Assembly: GCA_028687045.1 (NCBI GenBank)
Contig: JAQUAW010000001.1
Location: forward strand, 2,034-66,033
From: Patescibacteria group bacterium
Lineage (GTDB): Bacteria; Patescibacteriota; Patescibacteriia; Magasanikbacterales; UBA922
Length of the DNA: 64,000 bases
Direction: 5' to 3'
A program made the translations under genes and the position numbers. Below the pieces are notes generated by a model, which was not told the DNA's origin, searched no databases, and was given only the letters and a program-made list of their open reading frames with translations. Shown piece by piece: positions 19,337-29,476 of the stretch. How positions within the stretch are numbered: position 1 is the first letter of the stretch; each line of letters opens with the position of its first letter.

Positions 19337-21358
19337 TTATCTTTTTTTATAATCTGCCCACCATTTATAAAATTCATTAGCTATTGGCTCGGCTGCAATA
19401 CCACCTTCACCACCCTCTTCTACTAGCACGGTAACTACTATTTCAGGATTTTCAAATGGTGCAAAAGAAGTAAACCATGCATGGGTATCTTTATTTTGAC
19501 TCCATTGAGCCGTACCTGTTTTACCAGCTGAACTAAAAGGTAAATTTTTCAAACCAGCACAAGAACCATAAGCCACACAATCTTTCATACCTAAACGAAT
19601 CGTTTCTAAGTTAGCTTTATCAATAAAATTTTCTGATAAAATTTTTGGAGTAATTTCAGTTCTTTCATTTGTTTCTGGATTGATAATTTGTTTTACAAGA
19701 TGAGGTTGATAGACTGTGCCTCCATTGGCAACACTAGCCGTCATATCCGCAATTTGTAAAGGGGTAGTCAAAAAGTCACCTTGTCCAATAGAATAATTGT
19801 AAGTGTCACCAATATACCAAGGTTCTTTTTTTGTACGTTGTTTCCATTGTGGTGTTGGCAAAAACCCACTTGATTCAGCTGGTAAATCAATACCAAGTAC
19901 TTTACCAAAACCAAATTTTTTCAGATATTCATTTATCGTGTCTACTCCCATACCTGCAAAATCACCATAACCACCGCCAATATAATAATAAAATGTATTA
20001 ACCGAAAGAGCTAGTGATTTACGAACATTAGTCAAACCGTGTCCTCCAACTTGCCAATCTGGAAAAAACCATTGTTGTACTCTAAGTCCTCCCGTACTCA
20101 AAAAAGTAGTATTAGCTGTAATAATATTTTCTTGTAAAGCTGCTGATGAGATGGCAGGTTTGATAACTGAACCAGAAGGAAAACTACCACTTATAGCTCT
20201 ATTGAAAAGAGGTCTGTTTTCATTATTCAAATATTCACTATATTTTGTTTGGCTAATTCCTCCAGAAAAATCATTATTGTCAAAACCAGGATAACTTACC
20301 AAAGCAAGGATTTCACCGTTACGAGGATCCATGACAACTGCCGAGGCTCTTTCTTTTTTTAATTCTTGAAGTTTTTTAGAAATTATTTCTTCTAGTTGTA
20401 TTTGCATATTATTGTCTATAGACAATATCAAATTAGAACCAGAAGTTGGGTCTTTTTCTGCCAAAACTTGTTGTTCTCTACCTTGAGCATTTACTTCTAT
20501 TCTTTTTTCACCATAAATGCCTCTTAGATAATTTTCATATTTTTTTTCTACTCCAGTTTTACCTATAGAATCAGAAGGTAGATAACCTTTTCGATAATAA
20601 GTTTCCAATTCTGTAGGAGATAATTTACCCACATAACCTAAAATATGTGCCAAGGTATTGTTAGTATAATTTTGTTCATCTTCTGGATGTAAAAAATCTA
20701 CAGTACTAGTTGAAATATTAATATTTTTGCTAGAATCCAAAATATATAATCTCTTACTACCAAATTGAATATTGATACCAGGTAAATCCAAACTAGCAAT
20801 TTGAATTTTTAAAGTAGTTTCATAAGGTATATCTTCGGCAATAATAATTGAATCTTGACGATAATTTTTATATTTTTCAATAGTATTTTGTACGTCTTGT
20901 TTATCTTGACCCGTTATACTAATTAATTTTTCAATTACGTTATTTAATTCTTTTTTATCCTTTGGTAAATCTTTTGGAACAACAGTGAGTGAAAAATTTG
21001 CTACATTTTGTGTAAGTTGAAAATTGTTTCTATCGAAAACGAGTCCCCTTTCAGATTGTATAGGTATGACTTTTTGTCTATTTCCTTCAGCTTGTGCGCG
21101 ATAATTATTTCCCATCAAAATTTGTAAAAAAAATCCTCTACCAAGAATAAAAGAAAAACAAAAAACTATAAATAATAAGAAAAAGAAAGTTTTTTTGCTA
21201 TCTGAAAAACTGGAGCCGAGGTGTGAACTGCCAGAAGTAGTAATATCTTCACTATGGTTATTACCCATAAACAAACTATCTTCTGTCCAAGATAATTTAT
21301 ATTTACCTTTTAGTGAGATATCCTTTTTAGGATTTATTAAGTATGGATCTATTTCCAT
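19337..21358 (-). CDS. mrdA: penicillin-binding protein 2
   Basis: SxxK (GSVIK), SVN, KTGTAQ; follows mreBCD. Confidence 0.93.
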   Translation of the reverse strand: MEIDPYLINPKKDISLKGKYKLSWTEDSLFMGNNHSEDITTSGSSHLGSSFSDSKKTFFFLLFIVFCFSFILGRGFFLQILMGNNYRAQAEGNRQKVIPIQSERGLVFDRNNFQLTQNVANFSLTVVPKDLPKDKKELNNVIEKLISITGQDKQDVQNTIEKYKNYRQDSIIIAEDIPYETTLKIQIASLDLPGINIQFGSKRLYILDSSKNINISTSTVDFLHPEDEQNYTNNTLAHILGYVGKLSPTELETYYRKGYLPSDSIGKTGVEKKYENYLRGIYGEKRIEVNAQGREQQVLAEKDPTSGSNLILSIDNNMQIQLEEIISKKLQELKKERASAVVMDPRNGEILALVSYPGFDNNDFSGGISQTKYSEYLNNENRPLFNRAISGSFPSGSVIKPAISSAALQENIITANTTFLSTGGLRVQQWFFPDWQVGGHGLTNVRKSLALSVNTFYYYIGGGYGDFAGMGVDTINEYLKKFGFGKVLGIDLPAESSGFLPTPQWKQRTKKEPWYIGDTYNYSIGQGDFLTTPLQIADMTASVANGGTVYQPHLVKQIINPETNERTEITPKILSENFIDKANLETIRLGMKDCVAYGSCAGLKNLPFSSAGKTGTAQWSQNKDTHAWFTSFAPFENPEIVVTVLVEEGGEGGIAAEPIANEFYKWWADYKKR

Positions 21359-21359
21359 G

Positions 21360-21863
21360 TTATTTTATTAATCTAAATTTTGTAAAAGTCTTTTCTAAAA
21401 TAAAATATAATAAAAAAGATAAACTAGTTGTAAGTAGTATTTCCCAACCATAATATACAAACAAAGTTGCTTTTATTTTTGTATTAGAAAATATAATCAA
21501 AATTGTATAAAAAATTCTAAAAATAACAACTTCTAATAATGTCATTGTGGCCAAAGCCCAAATAGATTTATTAGCAAAAAATTCATAATACAACCAATAT
21601 ACCAACAAAAAACTAATAGTCAAAGATATAGTGAAAACTCCAAAAGATAATTCACTATACAAATCCATCAAAATTCCTGCCAGAAAAGCCAACCAAACAA
21701 CACTCCCTGTACCATAAAAACTCAACATTATTATCAAAAAAATAATAACTAAATTGATGTTTTCAAAAGGATATGGTAATAAATAAGAAAAATACAAATT
21801 TAATACAAAAACAGTAACTATCAAAAAAATATAAAAAAGTGTCTTCAATACAGACTTAATCAT
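21360..21863 (-). CDS. mreD: rod shape-determining protein MreD
   Basis: Polytopic membrane protein, AFLAGILMDL, position in mre operon. Confidence 0.75.
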   Translation of the reverse strand: MIKSVLKTLFYIFLIVTVFVLNLYFSYLLPYPFENINLVIIFLIIMLSFYGTGSVVWLAFLAGILMDLYSELSFGVFTISLTISFLLVYWLYYEFFANKSIWALATMTLLEVVIFRIFYTILIIFSNTKIKATLFVYYGWEILLTTSLSFLLYFILEKTFTKFRLIK

Positions 21864-21880
21864 AACAATAAAAAATTATT

Positions 21881-22675
21881 TTAAGATTTTTTTGGAATAA
21901 TAACTGCTACCAAATTTATATAACCCAAATCAGCAGCCGGTGTAATAACAGCTTGTTGAAAAGGTTCGTGTGGTTGCTTATCAACTACCTCAATATTACC
22001 AATTATCAATCCTCTAGGTATACCAACAGTAAGACCTGAAGAAATAATAGTATCTCCAGGTGCGACTATTTCATTTTGTGGAATATAATTCATTCTAACT
22101 CCTAAGCCATAACCACCTTCTACCAAACCAATACTTCTTTCTCCATTCATAATAGTAGCACCTATAGCACTACTGTTGTCATTGATAAGTCTAACCACAG
22201 ATCTATCATCTTCTACTTTTGTTATTCTCCCAATAAGAATTCCACCACCCACAACGACAGGATTATCCAAACTAATACCATTTTTAGAACCCTTATCGAT
22301 CATAAGAGTAGTCCCTAATGGATTGATGGTTCTACTCAAAACTATTGCTCCTATATGTTCATAATCATTTTCTAGAAAAAAATTTAATTCTTTTTTCAAT
22401 TCATCATTTTCTTCGTTTAACAATTTTATATTTGTTAAAGCTACTTGATTTTGTTGTCTGAGTTGTTCCAAAGTATTTTTATCTTCTTCGGTTAATACCT
22501 GCTTGGATTTTTTAAAATAAGTTTTTACATTATTTACAGGTTTCAAACTCCAATCAATAACAGCTATAAATGGTTTTTCAATAAAATTTAACAAATGGAA
22601 ATGATTAAAAAATATAACAAAAATAATCACAAAAAAAATAGTAAAAAATGTTTTTGTTTTACTTTTGTTAACCAT
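21881..22675 (-). CDS. mreC: rod shape-determining protein MreC
   Basis: TM plus coiled coil, IDKGSKNGI, SSGL..IPRGLIIG. Confidence 0.92.
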   Translation of the reverse strand: MVNKSKTKTFFTIFFVIIFVIFFNHFHLLNFIEKPFIAVIDWSLKPVNNVKTYFKKSKQVLTEEDKNTLEQLRQQNQVALTNIKLLNEENDELKKELNFFLENDYEHIGAIVLSRTINPLGTTLMIDKGSKNGISLDNPVVVGGGILIGRITKVEDDRSVVRLINDNSSAIGATIMNGERSIGLVEGGYGLGVRMNYIPQNEIVAPGDTIISSGLTVGIPRGLIIGNIEVVDKQPHEPFQQAVITPAADLGYINLVAVIIPKKS

Positions 22676-22687
22676 ATAGTATCTTAT

Positions 22688-23734
22688 TTATCTCTTTTGT
22701 TTAGATGAAGGTAATGCTATGTTTTTCAAAAGTTCATCTTCTTCCAACAAAATACCAGCTCCTCTCACAGTAGTTGTAAGTGGATCGTCGGCTATTCTTA
22801 CAGAAATTTCAGTAGCACGAGAAATTATTTTATCAATACCTCTAAGCATAGCTCCTCCACCAACTAATAATAAACCTCGTTCATGAATATCAGCTATTAA
22901 TTCTGGTGGTGTAGTTTCCAAAGTCATTTTGATATGGTCTACAATAGTTTTGATACTACGAGCCAATGCTTCACGAATTTGAGCATCGTTTACCAAGACT
23001 TCTTTTGGTAGACCAGTCACGACGTCTCTTCCTTTCATATTAAATTCTAGTAATTCACCAGAAGGCAAAGCTGAACCAACTTTGATTTTTATTTGTTCAG
23101 CATGACTTTCACCAACCAATAAATTGAAAACTTCTCTAGCATATTGTGTAATATTTCTGTTCATTTCGTCACCAGCAATTTGAGTAGATTTCCAGGTAAC
23201 CACACCATTCAAAGACAGAACTGCTATTTCGGTATTGCCAGCACCAATATCAACTACCATACTACCAACAGCTTCTTGAATTGGTAAACGAGCTCCAATA
23301 GCGGCTGCCATAGGACCTTGCACAACAATAACTTCACGTGCTCCTGCAGACGTCACAGCATCTTCTACCGCTTTTATTTCTACTTCAGTGACATCTAACG
23401 GAACAGCAATAATAACGCGTGGTCTATTTGTAAATGAAAAACCGTCTTTTTGAACTTTATCAATAAAATATTTAAGCATTTTTTCGGTCACTTCGTAATC
23501 AGATATTACACCTGCTGTAAGTGGTTTGGTAACTTGAATATGAGATGGAGTTTTTCCAAGCATTTGTTTGGCTTCTTGTCCTACTGCCAAAATTTGCTCG
23601 GTTTTGATGTTTATAGCGACAACAGATGGTTCATCTATCACAATACCTTTTTCAGAAGTATAAACCAAAGTATTGGCTGTACCTAAGTCAATGGCGATAT
23701 CTTTTCCTATTTTTTTAAACAATTTTTCAAACAT
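22688..23734 (-). CDS. mreB: rod shape-determining protein MreB
   Basis: DIAIDLGTANT, EPSVVA, VGGGAML. Confidence 0.96.
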   Translation of the reverse strand: MFEKLFKKIGKDIAIDLGTANTLVYTSEKGIVIDEPSVVAINIKTEQILAVGQEAKQMLGKTPSHIQVTKPLTAGVISDYEVTEKMLKYFIDKVQKDGFSFTNRPRVIIAVPLDVTEVEIKAVEDAVTSAGAREVIVVQGPMAAAIGARLPIQEAVGSMVVDIGAGNTEIAVLSLNGVVTWKSTQIAGDEMNRNITQYAREVFNLLVGESHAEQIKIKVGSALPSGELLEFNMKGRDVVTGLPKEVLVNDAQIREALARSIKTIVDHIKMTLETTPPELIADIHERGLLLVGGGAMLRGIDKIISRATEISVRIADDPLTTTVRGAGILLEEDELLKNIALPSSKQKR

Positions 23735-23832
23735 ATTTTCATTAAAACACTAGAACATAAAAACATTAAAACAATTTTTTCAAATAAATTATTATTTCAA
23801 TGTATTCATTTATATCTACTAAATAATTTTTA

Positions 23833-25074
23833 CTATTTTAATAATTCATCAATTGCAATAATTTTAGCTTCACTTTCATTACGTTTTTTAATTTCAACAG
23901 AATCTTGTGCCAAAGTCTTTGGACTTATGATGACACGAAGAGGAATACCAATTAAATCACTATCGGCAAACTTCTCCCCTGCTCGCACACCAATTCTATC
24001 ATCATACAAAACTTCTTTGCCTTGTTTTGTCAAAGTTTCATATAGTTCATCAGCTTTCTTCACATCAGCTTCTTCGCTACAAAGTGAAACAAGATGAATT
24101 TGGAATGGTGCGACGCTCTCTGGCCAAACAAGACCTTTTTCATCAGCAAAGCGCTCAACAATCACTCCCATCAAACGAGTAACACCAATTCCATAAGATC
24201 CTAGATGTACATATTTTTTTTCACCATTTTCGTCTGTAATATAAAGATTCATTTGTTCAGATTTTTTGGTACCAAAATTAAAAATATTTCCCACTTCAGC
24301 TGTTTTGACTTCTTCTAATTCATCACGAGTTACACCCAAATCTTGCAAAACTTTGTCACTCAAAACTTCATTATTGATAGCTATCTTTTTATCACGATTG
24401 ATATAGATAACATCTTCGCCAGCATCGGTAATTGTTTGAAATTCGTGAGAGAACTGTGTGAAGGCTCCACCAGAAGCAAAAGTAACAAAAGTATCGTCAC
24501 CTAGTCCAACACGTTCAAATACGCGCATATAAGCATCTATCACACCTTGATAAAATTTTTCATGTTGTTCTGCATCTAAGCTGTATGAATATAAATCTTT
24601 CATGACAAATTCACGACCACGCAAAATACCTGATTTTGCTCTTAGTTCATTACGCATTTTTGTTTGAAATTGATAAACATAAGCAGGTAAATCTTTGTAA
24701 CTAGAAATGTAATTTTTCATCATTTCACTAATAGGTTCTTCGTGTGACCAACCAAAACCGACTTCTGTGCCATTTTTTAATTTAGATTTGAACCAGACAT
24801 CCACATTTTCATCACTCCAGCGATCGGTATTTTCCCAAAGTTCTTTTCTTTGAAGACTAGTCATGATGAGTTCTTGTCCTCCAACAGCATTCATTTCTTC
24901 ACGAATAATTTGTTTTATTTTTTCAAGTACACAAATACCTAATGGTAGATAAGCATAAGCACCGGCCATTTCTTTGTAAATATATCCTGCGCGTGTCAGA
25001 AATTCTGCATTTTTTGACACTTCATCAGCAGGCGCTTCTTTGCGAGTTTTGGTAAATAATTGTGATTGTTTCAT
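23833..25074 (-). CDS. proS: proline--tRNA ligase (short type, no editing insertion)
   Basis: HEE, RGREFVMKDLYS, YGIGVTR, GEKFADSDLIGIP. Confidence 0.95.
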   Translation of the reverse strand: MKQSQLFTKTRKEAPADEVSKNAEFLTRAGYIYKEMAGAYAYLPLGICVLEKIKQIIREEMNAVGGQELIMTSLQRKELWENTDRWSDENVDVWFKSKLKNGTEVGFGWSHEEPISEMMKNYISSYKDLPAYVYQFQTKMRNELRAKSGILRGREFVMKDLYSYSLDAEQHEKFYQGVIDAYMRVFERVGLGDDTFVTFASGGAFTQFSHEFQTITDAGEDVIYINRDKKIAINNEVLSDKVLQDLGVTRDELEEVKTAEVGNIFNFGTKKSEQMNLYITDENGEKKYVHLGSYGIGVTRLMGVIVERFADEKGLVWPESVAPFQIHLVSLCSEEADVKKADELYETLTKQGKEVLYDDRIGVRAGEKFADSDLIGIPLRVIISPKTLAQDSVEIKKRNESEAKIIAIDELLK

Positions 25075-25081
25075 ATGTTTT

Positions 25082-25257
25082 ATCATATTGAGCGAAGCGA
25101 AATATCTTTCTTAAGGAATACTTCTATAACGCTTCAAATTAATTTTTATTAAATAACTATTTTAAATAACTTTTCTGAGAAGAAATAAATATTTTGTAAG
25201 AAAATTTTTCTTATTATAATATATTTAGGAAAGATTCTTCGCTCCGCTCAGAATTAA
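25082..25257. repeat. REP-like element, two short arms
   Basis: ATCATATTGAGCGAAGCGAAATATCT ... AGATTCTTCGCTCCGCTCAGAATTAAT. Confidence 0.85.
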
Positions 25258-25640
25258 TTTGCCTTATGCTTGACTGAAATATTGAACGAAATAATCAAGA
25301 CAAACATAATCAAGAGTAAACTTCCAGTAACCATATTTAAATAATTTTGACCTTGTAAAAACAAAGCTAAAATCATAAATAATGACAAAAATAATGATTG
25401 ACGAAAGCTTATTTGGACATAGCGGAATAGCGGCAAATCTTTGGCTCCGAAAAATCTATAAAAGAAAAAGAATATAATTGACAAAGTCCCAAGTACTGAC
25501 AAAAAAAGGCTTCCATAAAAGAAAAGAAAGCCTGATAAAGGTGATGAAGTAGGATCAACATTTAAAATAACAAAAAACCAAGATACCCAACATAGTATCG
25601 TGGCAAAGAGCATTGTAGCAATATATTGACGTAAATTCAT
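25254..25640 (-). CDS. hypothetical 4-TM membrane protein
   Basis: 128 aa, four hydrophobic segments. Confidence 0.8.
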   Translation of the reverse strand: MNLRQYIATMLFATILCWVSWFFVILNVDPTSSPLSGFLFFYGSLFLSVLGTLSIIFFFFYRFFGAKDLPLFRYVQISFRQSLFLSLFMILALFLQGQNYLNMVTGSLLLIMFVLIISFNISVKHKAN

Positions 25641-25726
25641 AATAAGACAAAAATATAGCTATATTTAGCTATATCTTATATTACACTTTTTTTGTGGCTT
25701 TGGCAAGGGTAGTTTTTAGGCTATTT

Positions 25727-26026
25727 TTAAGCCAAATACCTAATCCTATCCACTTCATTTCTACCCAATTTTTCATTCAATTTATCCACTATTTGCGTTT
25801 GATTTAGCCTTATTTCCTGTGCCATAGCTGAACTACTACAACTTATAGTCAAAGTTCTGTTTTTGAGAAAAAGTGGAAGGGCTGTTTTTGCTAAATCTTC
25901 ACCAAATATCTCAGACAACACAACTTTGGCTTCTTCAACTACTTGAGAATCATCGAGTTGTTTTTTGAGTGGGCCTTTTTGAGTGAACCTGCTGTTTAGT
26001 GTGTCTCCGAGGGAGGAAAAGGGCAT
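25727..26026 (-). CDS. DUF721/DciA-like protein
   Basis: LTISCSSSAMAQEIRL...LNEKLG...VDRIRY pattern. Confidence 0.75.
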   Translation of the reverse strand: MPFSSLGDTLNSRFTQKGPLKKQLDDSQVVEEAKVVLSEIFGEDLAKTALPLFLKNRTLTISCSSSAMAQEIRLNQTQIVDKLNEKLGRNEVDRIRYLA

Positions 26027-26042
26027 AAATTCTTTGTATAAA

Positions 26043-26130
26043 TAAATGGAGATAAACTTGAGATAAATAGAGATGATACAATAATTTTTCGGTTAAAACT
26101 CATCTCAAGTGTATCTCTATCTTATCTCTT
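26043..26130. repeat. (GAGAT)x3 / (ATCTC)x3 periodic inverted repeat
   Basis: 10-11 bp periodic units in two inverted blocks; related copy at 43708-43777. Confidence 0.65.
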
Positions 26131-26194
26131 CGTCTTTTATCTTATCACACATCATTTCAAAATCCAAATTATTCTTAATAAACAAAGCCCAACA

Positions 26195-29134
26195 TCAAAG
26201 CTGTCTAAACTCACATATCTCCTTAAAATCACAATACTGACAAACATGTTTATTTGGGGTGGCTTTGAAATCCCCTTTTTGGATTCGTTCCATCGCGTCA
26301 AACAGCTTAGCTTCTAACTTTTCTTTGTCTTTGTCTGTACCTACAAAAGACATTTTCTTGTTTTCATTTAAATAAAAGAAAGTTAATTTGTCTATCTTTC
26401 CTAAATTTTGGTATTGTGGCAAAGTTTCCACAGCAATTTGATAAATAAGCAATTGTTGTTTGTCGTCAATTGTTAGTTTATCTTTTGGTGTACCAGTCTT
26501 ATAATCTATAATCTCCAATTTATTATCTTCCACAGCATCAATTCTATCTATTCTACCTTTGACAAAGTATTCCCCTATTTTGATTTTAAATCCGCCTTCA
26601 ATTGTCACTGGGATTGTCCAATTATTTTCTTGTGATTTGTAAAATTCTTTGAGTAATTCTTCACCTTTGGCAAAATATTCTTCTCTTTGGTTTTTACTCT
26701 TGTACCAATCAGGGATCCATTTTCTTTTGTAAATTGCGAGTAATTCTTCTTCATTTGGAATTTTTATTTTGCCCGTACTTTTGTTTTCGGTAACAGTCTC
26801 AAACAAAGATACTTGCTTAGCACTATTCATATCTTGTACTTTTTCATAAAATTCTTGCAAAGTCCCGTGAATAGTATTACCAAAACTAAAATGTGGACTA
26901 CCTTTACTTGGCAAATTCAAAACGTAAGCCAACTTGTAATTGTAAGGGCACTTTTGGTAAGTACTAATACGAGAATAAGAAAATATTTTTGGTGGAATGT
27001 ATTCTATTTCTTCCTCATCATTTTCTATTTGCGTATTTAGTTTTTTTATTTCTTGCATCAGAGTTTGTTCTTTTTCAACAAGTTTTTTTTCTTTATTATC
27101 GAAATCAAGCTCAGCCAAAAAGCGACTTATTTTCTTGGCTCTAGTTCCACCATAACTACTCGCACTTGTCAAAAATAATCTTTGTTTGGCACGAGTCACT
27201 GCCACATAGAAAAGACGACGCTCTTCCTGATAATGCAAATCATTGTTTTCCAAAAACTTTTCTCTAATAAGTTCATCTGGCAAAGCTATTCCTTCACTCT
27301 TGCGTCTAGTTGGAAATCTTTCTTCTACCAAATTTACAATGAAAACATTTTTGTATTCTAGACCTTTTGAACCATGAATAGTGATGATATTGACTGAGTC
27401 TGGTGTATCTTTGATTTGATTTATTTTGCCACCGTCCCCTGATTCGATGATGAATTCATAATTCTCGACAAAACCAGCCACATGGGCTCCAGGTACATTT
27501 TCTTCGTAAGTCCGAATAAGATCAAAAAATTGTTTCAAATGATAAATTTGTCTGATAACGTCTTTGTTTCCTTTATTTTCTTCAATAGTCAAATATGACA
27601 AATAACCAATGCTTTCCATAAATTGATAAAGCAAACTGGTTGGCTTTTCAAATTTACTTTGCTTGATTCCTTCGTGACAGGCGTTTAATAATTTGTTAGC
27701 CATTTCTATCGCGTGAGTAGACAAAAATAATTCTTGAGCTCGCTTGAGTGTTTCATAATAAGACATACTTTTTCTCTTGGCTGTACTTGTCACTTTTTGC
27801 AAATCGTTTTGACTAAATTCCAAAAACGGCATTTTTAGCAAACGAAAAAATGCTTTGTCATCATAAATATTAGTCAGAAGTGTGAGGAAATTGAAAGCAT
27901 CAATCACAATATCTTGACGATAAAGCCCTGCTGAAGCAAGATACTCAAAAGGAATGCCAAAGCTCTCCAAAGCGTTGCTAAATGGCTCTACGTGAGAATT
28001 GGCACGAACAAGAATTGCGAAATCATCCCAATTACTATCTTTATCATTTTCTTTTATTTCCACTATTTTGTTTATCACTCCTACTACTTCTTCATCAAGT
28101 GTTTCATAGTGTAAATGTTCTATTTGAGTGTGCAAATCTTTGAGACCACTTTCCAATCTTTTACTAATTTGTAATTTTTCTTCTAGACGATGTGGATTAT
28201 TATTTTTGATAGAGTTGTAAGCCAAATCCAAGATTTCTTGACCAGAACGATAATTGTCTGTCAGAACAATATTTTTGGCATTAGGATAATCTGTTTTGAA
28301 ATTCATGATGATAGCAACATTGGAACCACGAAAAGAATAGATAGCTTGGTCATCATCCCCTACTACTGTCAGTTTATTATTTTCGCCTGCTAACAATTTT
28401 ACCAATTGATATTGCGCCCAATTGACATCTTGAAATTCATCTACCATTATATATTTAAATCTTTTTTGTAATTTTTTGAGTACGTTTGGTCTGTCTTGCA
28501 AAAGTTTGACTGCATAAAAAATAATATCACCAAAATCCATTGACTCATTATCCAACAATAATTTTTGATATTTATTATAGGCATCAGCCAACTCAATCAA
28601 TCTATTTTTTTCTTGTTTTTCAGCTTCGTCTTTGTCCAAAATCAAAGACTTTACATAATCCAAATAAGCTTGAGGTGTTATCATTTCATCTTTGGCTTTG
28701 GAAAAGTGTGTAAGAAGTTCATGAATATAACGATTTGGACTACCCATTGGTCGATAATAATCAAAATTAAAATCATAAATATGTTCTCGCAAAAGCAACC
28801 AAGCGTCGGTCTCATTTAATAATTTGAAATGATTTGGTAGACCAATTTCAAGACCATATTCTTCCAAAACTTTTTGACAAAAACTATGAAATGTAGAAAT
28901 TTGCATTTCAGTATAATTGGCTTCAATCAGGTCGTCTACTCTATCTTGCATTTCTTGTGCTGCTTTGTCAGTAAAAGTCAAAGCCAAAATTTCTTCGGGC
29001 AAAGCCAATTTTTGCTCGACAATGTGAGCAATTTTTTTGGTAATGACGGTAGTTTTGCCAGTACCAGCACCAGCAATAATCAACAAATTACCATCGTTGT
29101 ATTCTATGGCTTCTTTTTGGTTTTTATTTAACAT
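26195..29134 (-). CDS. UvrD/PcrA helicase fused to a PD-(D/E)xK nuclease
   Basis: AGAGTGKT, VDEFQD, SKGLE, YVAVTRAK; C-terminal GRIDRID..IIDYKTG and C...CxxC-x5-C. Confidence 0.93.
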   Translation of the reverse strand: MLNKNQKEAIEYNDGNLLIIAGAGTGKTTVITKKIAHIVEQKLALPEEILALTFTDKAAQEMQDRVDDLIEANYTEMQISTFHSFCQKVLEEYGLEIGLPNHFKLLNETDAWLLLREHIYDFNFDYYRPMGSPNRYIHELLTHFSKAKDEMITPQAYLDYVKSLILDKDEAEKQEKNRLIELADAYNKYQKLLLDNESMDFGDIIFYAVKLLQDRPNVLKKLQKRFKYIMVDEFQDVNWAQYQLVKLLAGENNKLTVVGDDDQAIYSFRGSNVAIIMNFKTDYPNAKNIVLTDNYRSGQEILDLAYNSIKNNNPHRLEEKLQISKRLESGLKDLHTQIEHLHYETLDEEVVGVINKIVEIKENDKDSNWDDFAILVRANSHVEPFSNALESFGIPFEYLASAGLYRQDIVIDAFNFLTLLTNIYDDKAFFRLLKMPFLEFSQNDLQKVTSTAKRKSMSYYETLKRAQELFLSTHAIEMANKLLNACHEGIKQSKFEKPTSLLYQFMESIGYLSYLTIEENKGNKDVIRQIYHLKQFFDLIRTYEENVPGAHVAGFVENYEFIIESGDGGKINQIKDTPDSVNIITIHGSKGLEYKNVFIVNLVEERFPTRRKSEGIALPDELIREKFLENNDLHYQEERRLFYVAVTRAKQRLFLTSASSYGGTRAKKISRFLAELDFDNKEKKLVEKEQTLMQEIKKLNTQIENDEEEIEYIPPKIFSYSRISTYQKCPYNYKLAYVLNLPSKGSPHFSFGNTIHGTLQEFYEKVQDMNSAKQVSLFETVTENKSTGKIKIPNEEELLAIYKRKWIPDWYKSKNQREEYFAKGEELLKEFYKSQENNWTIPVTIEGGFKIKIGEYFVKGRIDRIDAVEDNKLEIIDYKTGTPKDKLTIDDKQQLLIYQIAVETLPQYQNLGKIDKLTFFYLNENKKMSFVGTDKDKEKLEAKLFDAMERIQKGDFKATPNKHVCQYCDFKEICEFRQL

Positions 29135-29164
29135 ACTGAGCGGAGCGAAGTATCTTTCCTAAGG
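29131..29164 (+). repeat. single REP-like arm overlapping the helicase start codon
   Basis: ACATACTGAGCGGAGCGAAGTATCTTTCCTAAGG. Confidence 0.8.
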
Positions 29165-29316
29165 AAAATATCAATAATAAAAAAAAACTTCATCTATATT
29201 AAAATTGTTTAAGCTAGTATTATTCTACTACAATTCTTCAAAAAAACAAAATCTCCCCAACTAAGAGAGATTCTATTCCGCGTATATCCGCGTAAATATC
29301 CGTTTAATCTGCGTTT

Positions 29317-29463
29317 TTAAACTCCACAATTACATCCACCACAACAACTGTCTTCTTTTTCTGTTTCCTCGTCACAAGCGCAAAAACCTTCATTATTGCA
29401 ACAGGTATCTTCTTGCTTTGGCTCTTCTTGTGAATCTTTTTCTTCTTTTGTTTCGTCTGACAT
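29317..29463 (-). CDS. 48-aa acidic Cys-rich peptide (metallothionein-like)
   Basis: MSDETKEEKDSQEEPKQEDTCCNNEGFCACDEETEKEDSCCGGCNCGV; A-rich leader before ATG like its neighbours; below the ORF-track cutoff. Confidence 0.7.
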   Translation of the reverse strand: MSDETKEEKDSQEEPKQEDTCCNNEGFCACDEETEKEDSCCGGCNCGV

Positions 29464-29476
29464 ATATTTATTTTAG

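Noticed and set aside
15249-25086. Longer ORF-track starts for serS (15264), rdgB (16465) and proS (25086)
   Set aside because: The upstream start codons come from repeat arms; the downstream ATGs match family N-termini better.
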